64,000 nucleotides of DNA from an uncultured Solirubrobacterales bacterium (GTDB lineage Bacteria > Actinomycetota > Thermoleophilia > Solirubrobacterales > 70-9). The stretch spans positions 32,627-96,626 of the forward strand of contig CAWDUJ010000004.1 of the NCBI GenBank assembly GCA_963805455.1, written 5' to 3'. The position numbers and the translations under genes were made by a program. This document shows, in pieces, positions 58,919 to 64,000 of this stretch (its first letter is position 1; the number at the start of each line of letters is the position of its first letter). The notes beneath the pieces were generated by a model, which was not told the DNA's origin, made no database searches, and was given only the letters and a program-made list of their open reading frames with translations.

Positions 58919-59409
58919 GAGCCGCAGATGGGCCAGGGGCTGGAGCCCGAGGCCGTGTACAGCAGCGCCGCGCGGTAGTCCTGCTCGGCCTCGGGGGCCG
59001 CGGCGGGATCACCGGAGCCGCCGACCGAGGCCCATGTTTCGTGGCTGAACTGGTATTTGCCGCGGTAGGTGCCGTCTGAGGAGACGATCGTCGGGTCGCC
59101 GCCCGACTCGCAGGAGGCGATCGCTTCCAGGGTCGAGAGCGAGACGCCACCCGGAAGGGTCGCGAACGCCTCGCGCCGCTGCCGGCGCTGTTCGGCCCGG
59201 TGGGCGGCGCGAATCCGCTTCAGGCCGACGTCGATCGCGTGGTGGAAGTCGGTCGCCGGCCGGTAGAGGACGTCGAGCGCCGCCGGGTGGGCGTCGCCGA
59301 GGCCGATGTGCTGAGCCGGCTCGCCATCGCGGCCGGCGCCGACGGCGACCGAGGGAAGCGCGAGGATCGCGATCAGGGCAAGGACTGAATATGTGTGCTT
59401 TGTGAGCAA
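58915..59409 (-). CDS. Secreted transglycosylase-like (Rpf-like) domain protein
   Basis: Signal peptide, then C-terminal IASCESGGDPTIVSSDGTYRGKYQFSHETW...EQDYRAALLY...PWPICG. Confidence 0.8.
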   Translation of the reverse strand: MLTKHTYSVLALIAILALPSVAVGAGRDGEPAQHIGLGDAHPAALDVLYRPATDFHHAIDVGLKRIRAAHRAEQRRQRREAFATLPGGVSLSTLEAIASCESGGDPTIVSSDGTYRGKYQFSHETWASVGGSGDPAAAPEAEQDYRAALLYTASGSSPWPICGS

Positions 59410-59535
59410 GCGGGGAACCGTGGCTGGGTTCTCGTCGCCGCAGAGTGAGGGGCATCACAGACCTCACATTCATCGCGCCAAACGCCACAAGCTCAGGCAC
59501 GCCTCCAGACTTCTGAACCGAACCTGAACCTTGTC

Positions 59536-60429
59536 TTGCAGGGAGTTTTTGCGTTTCTTGGGGATGATTGGCCGATCGAAGACGTCCATCGGACATCGCG
59601 GCTGCTCCTCGCCTGCCCCGACCGGCCGGGGCTGATCGCCGCCGTCAGCGGCTTCCTTGCCGAGGCCGGGCTCAACATCGTCGACGCCGACCAGCACTCC
59701 AGCCACGAGGGGCGCTTCTTCATGCGGATGGCGTTCGAGCCACCCGCGCAGGCCGACCGCGCAGCCCTCCAGCGGCGCTTCCGGGAGGAGATCGCGGAGC
59801 CGTTCGAGATGGAGCACCGGTTTGCCGAGTCGAGCGATCCGAAGCGGATCGCGGTGATGGTCTCGCGCGAAGACCACTGCCTCTCCGACCTGCTCTGGCG
59901 CTGGCGCAGCGGCGAGCTCGGCGCCGATATCGTCTGCGTCATCTCCAACCACCCCGACCACGCCGAGCAGGTCTCCTCGCTCGGCCTTCCCTTCCATCAC
60001 GTGCCGGTCGACGCCGACAACCGGCCCGCGGCGGAGGCGCGGGCGCTGGAGCTGCTCGGCGAGGGGGTCGATTTGCTCGTCCTCGCCCGCTACATGCAGA
60101 TCCTCAGCGGCGAGTTCCTGCGCCGGCTGGAGGCGCCGGCGATCAACATCCACCACAGCTTCCTGCCGGCTTTCGTCGGGGCCGACCCCTACGCCCGCGC
60201 CCACGAGCGCGGGGTGAAGCTGATCGGCGCCACCGCCCACTACGTCACCGAGGAGCTCGACGCCGGCCCGATCATCGACCAGGACGTGACCAGGGTCAGC
60301 CACCGCGACGAGACCGAGGACCTGATGCGGATCGGCCGCGATATCGAGCGCCTCGTCCTCGCCCGCGCCGTCACGGCACACGTCGACGACCGGGTTCTTC
60401 TCGACGGAGCGCGGACGATCGTCTTCTGA
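59536..60429 (+). CDS. purU: Formyltetrahydrofolate deformylase
   Basis: ACT domain LLLACPDRPGLIAAVSGFLAE and INIHHSFLPAFVGADPY. The real start may be GTG near 59584. Confidence 0.9.
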   Translation: MQGVFAFLGDDWPIEDVHRTSRLLLACPDRPGLIAAVSGFLAEAGLNIVDADQHSSHEGRFFMRMAFEPPAQADRAALQRRFREEIAEPFEMEHRFAESSDPKRIAVMVSREDHCLSDLLWRWRSGELGADIVCVISNHPDHAEQVSSLGLPFHHVPVDADNRPAAEARALELLGEGVDLLVLARYMQILSGEFLRRLEAPAINIHHSFLPAFVGADPYARAHERGVKLIGATAHYVTEELDAGPIIDQDVTRVSHRDETEDLMRIGRDIERLVLARAVTAHVDDRVLLDGARTIVF

Positions 60430-60455
60430 GCGGCCCGGTTACGTAGCCTCCAGTT

Positions 60456-60968
60456 ATGGACCGTGATGAGCTGCGAGCGATACAGACGCCTCTGAAGGAG
60501 CGATACGCGGAGAGCCCCGAGGCCGCCCAGGTGACGCTGCGGGCCGACGGCGCCCTCGGCGAGGGCGTGACCTGCTCGGTCGAGACGGGCCGGGCGATCG
60601 CGGCAGCAGGCCTGCATCCGGCGGCGGGCGGGGACGGCACCCTGCTCTGCTCGGGCGACATGCTCCTCGAGGCGCTGGTCGCCTGCGCCGGGGTGACGAT
60701 GCAGGCGGTCGCGACCTCGATCGGCGTCTCGATCGAGCGCGGGCGGGTCAGCGCCGAGGGCGACCTCGACTTCCGCGGCACGCTCTCGGTCGAGAGTATG
60801 GCGCCGGTCGGATTCGCTGCGATCCGGCTCAGCTTCGAGCTCGAGACCGATGCCACCGAGAAGGAGATCGAGACGCTGCTGAAGCTGACCGAGCGCTACT
60901 GCACGGTTTTCCAGACCCTCGCCACCCCACCCCAGCTCAATGCCCGGGCCACTACGACACCTGGGTGA
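60456..60968 (+). CDS. OsmC family peroxiredoxin-like protein
   Basis: Conserved Cys pair (LLCSGDMLLEALVAC ... ERYCTV). Confidence 0.8.
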   Translation: MDRDELRAIQTPLKERYAESPEAAQVTLRADGALGEGVTCSVETGRAIAAAGLHPAAGGDGTLLCSGDMLLEALVACAGVTMQAVATSIGVSIERGRVSAEGDLDFRGTLSVESMAPVGFAAIRLSFELETDATEKEIETLLKLTERYCTVFQTLATPPQLNARATTTPG

Positions 60969-61866
60969 GCTGGCTCGCGCCCGCGCGACACGGCGCACCT
61001 CCGAACGCGACGACGGGCAGGCCCTCGACGAGTTGGAGACCCGGCAACTGGAGCTGCCGGCCGGACTGGAGATCGAATGGCTCGGGGTCTCCGGTTACCG
61101 CCTCACCTGCGAGGGCCAGACGCTCTTCATCGACCCCTACCTCTCGCGGGTGCCGTTCCGCGACATCCTCCTGCGCCGCCCGAACCTGCCCCAGGCCGCC
61201 ACCCTCGACCGTTTCCTGCGGGCCCCGGGGCCCGTCGCCGGAGTCCTCGTCGGCCACACCCACTTCGACCACGCGGTCGATGCCCCCGAGATCGCCCGCC
61301 GCCACGGCTGCAAGGCCTACGGGTCGAGCTCGCTCGTCAACCTGATGGCGCTGCACGGGCTCGCCGACCGAGCGGTGGAGGTCGTGCCCTACCGGACCTA
61401 CGAGCTGGGCCCGTTCGAGGTCAGCTTCACGCCCAGCCTGCATTCGAAGCTGCTTCTCGGCCTCGCCGTCCCCTTCGACGGTGAACTCACCTGCGAGCAC
61501 CTCGACTCCCTCGCCCCGGGCGCCTATCGCTGCGGCCAGGTCTGGGGGATCTCGATCAGGGTCGGCGGGATCACGCTCTACCACCAGGGCAGCGCGAACC
61601 TGGTCGACGACGCGATCCGGGAGCAGGGGGTCGACGTCTTCCTCGCCGGGGTCGCCGGCCGCAGCTTCACCGAGTCCTACTGGAAGCGGATCCTGCCGAA
61701 GCTCCAGCCGCGGGTTGTGGTGCCGACCCATTACGACAACTTCTTCCGCCCGCTCGGGCGCCCGATCGAGTTCGTCGCCAACGCCCAGGTCGCCAGGCTG
61801 CCGGACGAGATCGCCGGAGTCAGCCCTGAGATCGATCTTGTGGCGCTTCCCCGCTCCGACGCCTAG
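60940..61866 (+). CDS. MBL-fold metallo-hydrolase
   Basis: VGHTHFDH (HxHxDH). Start is uncertain. Confidence 0.75.
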   Translation: MPGPLRHLGELARARATRRTSERDDGQALDELETRQLELPAGLEIEWLGVSGYRLTCEGQTLFIDPYLSRVPFRDILLRRPNLPQAATLDRFLRAPGPVAGVLVGHTHFDHAVDAPEIARRHGCKAYGSSSLVNLMALHGLADRAVEVVPYRTYELGPFEVSFTPSLHSKLLLGLAVPFDGELTCEHLDSLAPGAYRCGQVWGISIRVGGITLYHQGSANLVDDAIREQGVDVFLAGVAGRSFTESYWKRILPKLQPRVVVPTHYDNFFRPLGRPIEFVANAQVARLPDEIAGVSPEIDLVALPRSDA

Positions 61867-62411
61867 CCGCCGAAATACCTGGCTGCGATCTGCTCGACCG
61901 TGCCCATCGTCCGAGTGGTGGTCAGCCCGAGGGCGGCCTCGACACCCTTCAGGTCGAGCTCGGAGTCGGACATGCCGCCACTCGGCAGCCAGTAGAGCTC
62001 GCGCCCCTCGAGCGCCAGGAGGTCGTCACCGGTCGCAAGGGCGAGTGCCTCCCGCCGCGCCTTGGCCGGCGGCTTCTTCTGCAGCAACACGACCTGGAGC
62101 TTTCCCTTCGACGCTTCGAGCTGCGCCGGCTTGAACGGCTTGCCGGATGCGATCACCCGGACCTCCGCGGCGCTGCGTAGAAACACCGGAACCTCGTACC
62201 CGAGTGAGTCCGCGAGGCCCTCTTCGAGGCGGTCGGAGATCTGCCGCTCGGTGCCTCGGTCCGAGCTGAAAACGACGTTGCCGCTCGCCCTGAAGGCCTC
62301 GACCTCCTCGAAGCCGATCCCGGAGACCGCCGCGGCTAGATCCCCGTTCGTGACCCGACGGCCGCCGAGATTCATCCCCCGCAGGAAGGCGGCACAGGTC
62401 GTCGTCGACAT
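61863..62411 (-). CDS. DUF1697 family protein
   Basis: MSTTTCAAFLRGMNLGGRRVTNGDL...ASGNVVF. ATG 62409-62411. Confidence 0.75.
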   Translation of the reverse strand: MSTTTCAAFLRGMNLGGRRVTNGDLAAAVSGIGFEEVEAFRASGNVVFSSDRGTERQISDRLEEGLADSLGYEVPVFLRSAAEVRVIASGKPFKPAQLEASKGKLQVVLLQKKPPAKARREALALATGDDLLALEGRELYWLPSGGMSDSELDLKGVEAALGLTTTRTMGTVEQIAARYFGG

Positions 62412-62426
62412 CCGGCCCAGGGTACG

Positions 62427-63026
62427 GTGCCGGCGGCGAACTGGGAAGCTCGGGGCGTGAGGGATTTCCACCGCCTTCCGGATGACCTGCCGGTTCCCGA
62501 GGACGACGGCGCCGCCGACCACCTCGCCGGGCTTGCGCTGCCCGACCTGAGCCTGCCGTCGACCGCAGGAGGCGCCGCCAAGACAGGCCTTGCCGCGCTC
62601 GGCTCGGGACTTCTCGTCGCCTATGTCTACCCGCGGACCGGGGTCCCGGACCGGCCCCTGCCCGCGGGCTGGGACGAGATCCCGGGCGCCCGCGGCTGCA
62701 CGCCTCAGAGCTGCGCCTATCGCGACGCCCTCGCCGAGTTCGACGCCCTCGGCGTCACCGTGGTCGGAATCAGCGCCCAGAGCCCCGCCGAACAGCGCGA
62801 GTTCGCCGATCGCGAGCACATCCCCTTCCCGCTCCTGAGCGACGACGGCCTCCGACTAGCCGCCGAGCTGCGCCTTCCCACCTTCGAGGTCGAGGGGACG
62901 ACGCTCTATCGGCGCCTGACGATGGTCGCCGAGGGAGGGCGGATCGCGAAGGCCTTCTACCCGGTCTTCCCGCCCGACCGAGACGCCTCCGAGGTGCTCG
63001 CCTGGCTGCGGACGGCCTCGAAATAG
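62427..63026 (+). CDS. Peroxiredoxin (AhpC/TSA, Bcp-like)
   Basis: YPRTG...GCTPQSCAYRD...VVGISAQSPAEQREFADREHIPFPLLSD. Confidence 0.8.
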   Translation: MPAANWEARGVRDFHRLPDDLPVPEDDGAADHLAGLALPDLSLPSTAGGAAKTGLAALGSGLLVAYVYPRTGVPDRPLPAGWDEIPGARGCTPQSCAYRDALAEFDALGVTVVGISAQSPAEQREFADREHIPFPLLSDDGLRLAAELRLPTFEVEGTTLYRRLTMVAEGGRIAKAFYPVFPPDRDASEVLAWLRTASK

Positions 63027-63038
63027 GCCGGTGATCGA

Positions 63039-63396
63039 TGGAGGCGGCCGGAATTGAACCGGCGTCCCTGGTCGTAGCGCGAAGGCGTCTACAGGCATAG
63101 CCGGCGCTTGATTCTCGTCTCCCGGGGTCCGCGCCGGCGGGCACTGCGGAAGATAAAGCCCCTCAAATTTCCCCTGGCGGCCGAGGCGCTCCGCCTGGGT
63201 GAGCCCGCAATTGAAGCCGGAACCCCCCTCCGCGGGCGGGAGAGGGCCGACTCTCACCTACTTAGCTATTGACTAAGCAGCGAGGGCGAACTCATGGTCC
63301 GCACGTATTGGTTGGTGCCGGTGTTTTGCGAGGCCTCCGGCAACCTCGGCCTGCAACCGTTCGCACGGACCGACCAGATCGAAGCCTGTCGCCCCC
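63039..63396 (-). ncRNA. ssrA: tmRNA (transfer-messenger RNA)
   Basis: The 5' GGGGGCGACAGGCTTCGA pairs with the 3' ...GGACGCCGGTTCAATTCCGGCCGCCTCCA, giving an acceptor stem with G3:U70 and a T-arm. The tag frame ends ...GCG GAC CAT GAG TTC GCC CTC GCT GCT TAG = ...ADHEFALAA*. Confidence 0.9.
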
Positions 63397-63429
63397 GTGC
63401 TATGTCTGCCTCAATTGTACGGTTCCCCG

Positions 63430-63488
63430 GTGAGCGCGGAGCGAGCAAGCGTGCATATCTGGTCCTTCGCGCAGCGAGAGAAGCGCGA
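63430..63488 (+). repeat. Family B leader repeat, copy R3 (ends 9 nt before the oxidoreductase ATG)
   Basis: GTGAGCGCGGAGCGAGCAAGCGTGCATATCTGGTCCTTCGCGCAGCGAGAGAAGCGCGA. About 50 of 59 positions are identical to R1 by hand alignment. Confidence 0.8.
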
Positions 63489-63497
63489 GAGCCTGTG

Positions 63498-64000
63498 ATG
63501 GCTGAGCGGGAATTCGACGCAATCGTCCTCGGCGCCGGAGCTCCCGGGGAGGTCTGTGCCGGCCGCCTCGCCGAAGGCGACCTCAGGGTCGCGATCGTCG
63601 AGCCCGGGCTCCTCGGCGGCGAATGCTCCTACTACGCGTGCATGCCCTCGAAGGCCCTGCTGCGCCCCGGCGAGCTGCTCGCCGAGGCCCGCCGGGTCCC
63701 CGGCGTGCTGCAGGCGGTCACCGGAAGCCTCGACCCCGAGGCGACGCTGGCGAGGCGCGACGAGGTGATCCACGACCTCGACGACTCGGGTCAGCTGTCC
63801 TGGCTCGAGGGCCGCGGCATCAAGCTCTTTCGCGGCGCCGGCCGGCTCGACGGCGAGCGCCGGGTCGTGGTCGGTGACGACGTCCTGACCGCGGCGAGGG
63901 CGATCGTCGTCGCCACCGGCAGCAGCGCGGAGATGCCGCCGATCGACGGCCTCGACACGGTGCGGGCCTGGAACAACCGTGAGGGGACGACCTCGCGGCG
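63498..64000 (+). CDS. Class I pyridine nucleotide-disulfide oxidoreductase (dihydrolipoyl dehydrogenase / mercuric reductase-like), partial
   Basis: Not in the ORF track because there is no stop in the window. Reads MAEREFDAIVLGAGAPGEVCAGRLAE...GGECSYYACMPSKALL, with the redox CxxxxC. Confidence 0.8.
   Translation, partial: MAEREFDAIVLGAGAPGEVCAGRLAEGDLRVAIVEPGLLGGECSYYACMPSKALLRPGELLAEARRVPGVLQAVTGSLDPEATLARRDEVIHDLDDSGQLSWLEGRGIKLFRGAGRLDGERRVVVGDDVLTAARAIVVATGSSAEMPPIDGLDTVRAWNNREGTTSR

Noticed and set aside
59410-59535. Possible ydaO (cyclic-di-AMP) riboswitch in the leader of the rpf-like gene, since that riboswitch is known upstream of rpf genes in actinobacteria.
   Set aside because: I find only fragmentary resemblance (GCGAUGAAU..., ...GAACCCAGCCA...). 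The characteristic GGGGACCCA and GGGUGAAUCC blocks and the pseudo-symmetric layout are not visible. A covariance-model search would be needed to revive this.

Overview
This is a very GC-rich chromosomal segment (by eye roughly 70% GC, not computed). Gene content looks like a deep-branching Actinomycetota-type bacterium, but that taxon is only an inference. I can support about 75 protein genes, one tRNA-Gly(CCC) and one tmRNA. I see no CRISPR array, transposase, integrase or prophage.

Gene blocks, in order:
- 1-8.2 kb: small enzymes plus a classic alkB-rubredoxin-TetR alkane hydroxylase unit.
- 8.4-19 kb: secG; System I cytochrome c maturation genes split in two (ccmE/ccmF, then ccmG-like/ccmH); a 964-aa four-module secreted protein.
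- 19.7-35 kb: housekeeping genes argS, tgt, gpmI-tpiA-pgk-gap, rapZ, uvrC.
- 37-41.5 kb: a YWTD-like beta-propeller protein and an orphan Tad-like module whose TadG-like protein is fused to two peptidoglycan hydrolase domains.
- 41.5-56.4 kb: a co-directional phosphate/polyphosphate supercluster (DUF47-PiT, ppk1, PHP-GT4 fusion, CHAD, ppx, phoU, pstSCAB, two PhoB-type DNA-binding proteins). It carries four arrays of 11-bp-phased TTCACA repeats (PHO-box-like).
- 56.7-64 kb: uppP, HD hydrolase, rpf-like, purU, OsmC, peroxiredoxin, ssrA.

Most interesting observations:
1. A palindromic repeat family of about 80 nt with covarying stems. It sits in-frame inside pgk and inside uvrC (opposite orientation) and straddles the pgk/tpiA junction. 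This resembles the Rickettsia RPE situation.
2. A second repeat of 58-59 nt, present three times. Two copies end exactly 9 nt upstream of the start codons of unrelated genes.
3. About 18 single-base frame disruptions that are strongly clustered. About 9 fall in pstS-pstC-pstA and 3 in the GT4 domain, while long neighbouring genes have none.
4. A plus-strand PHO-box array followed by an orphan intrinsic terminator, which is a candidate small RNA.

All coordinates come from manual reading. Starts are approximate where stated.
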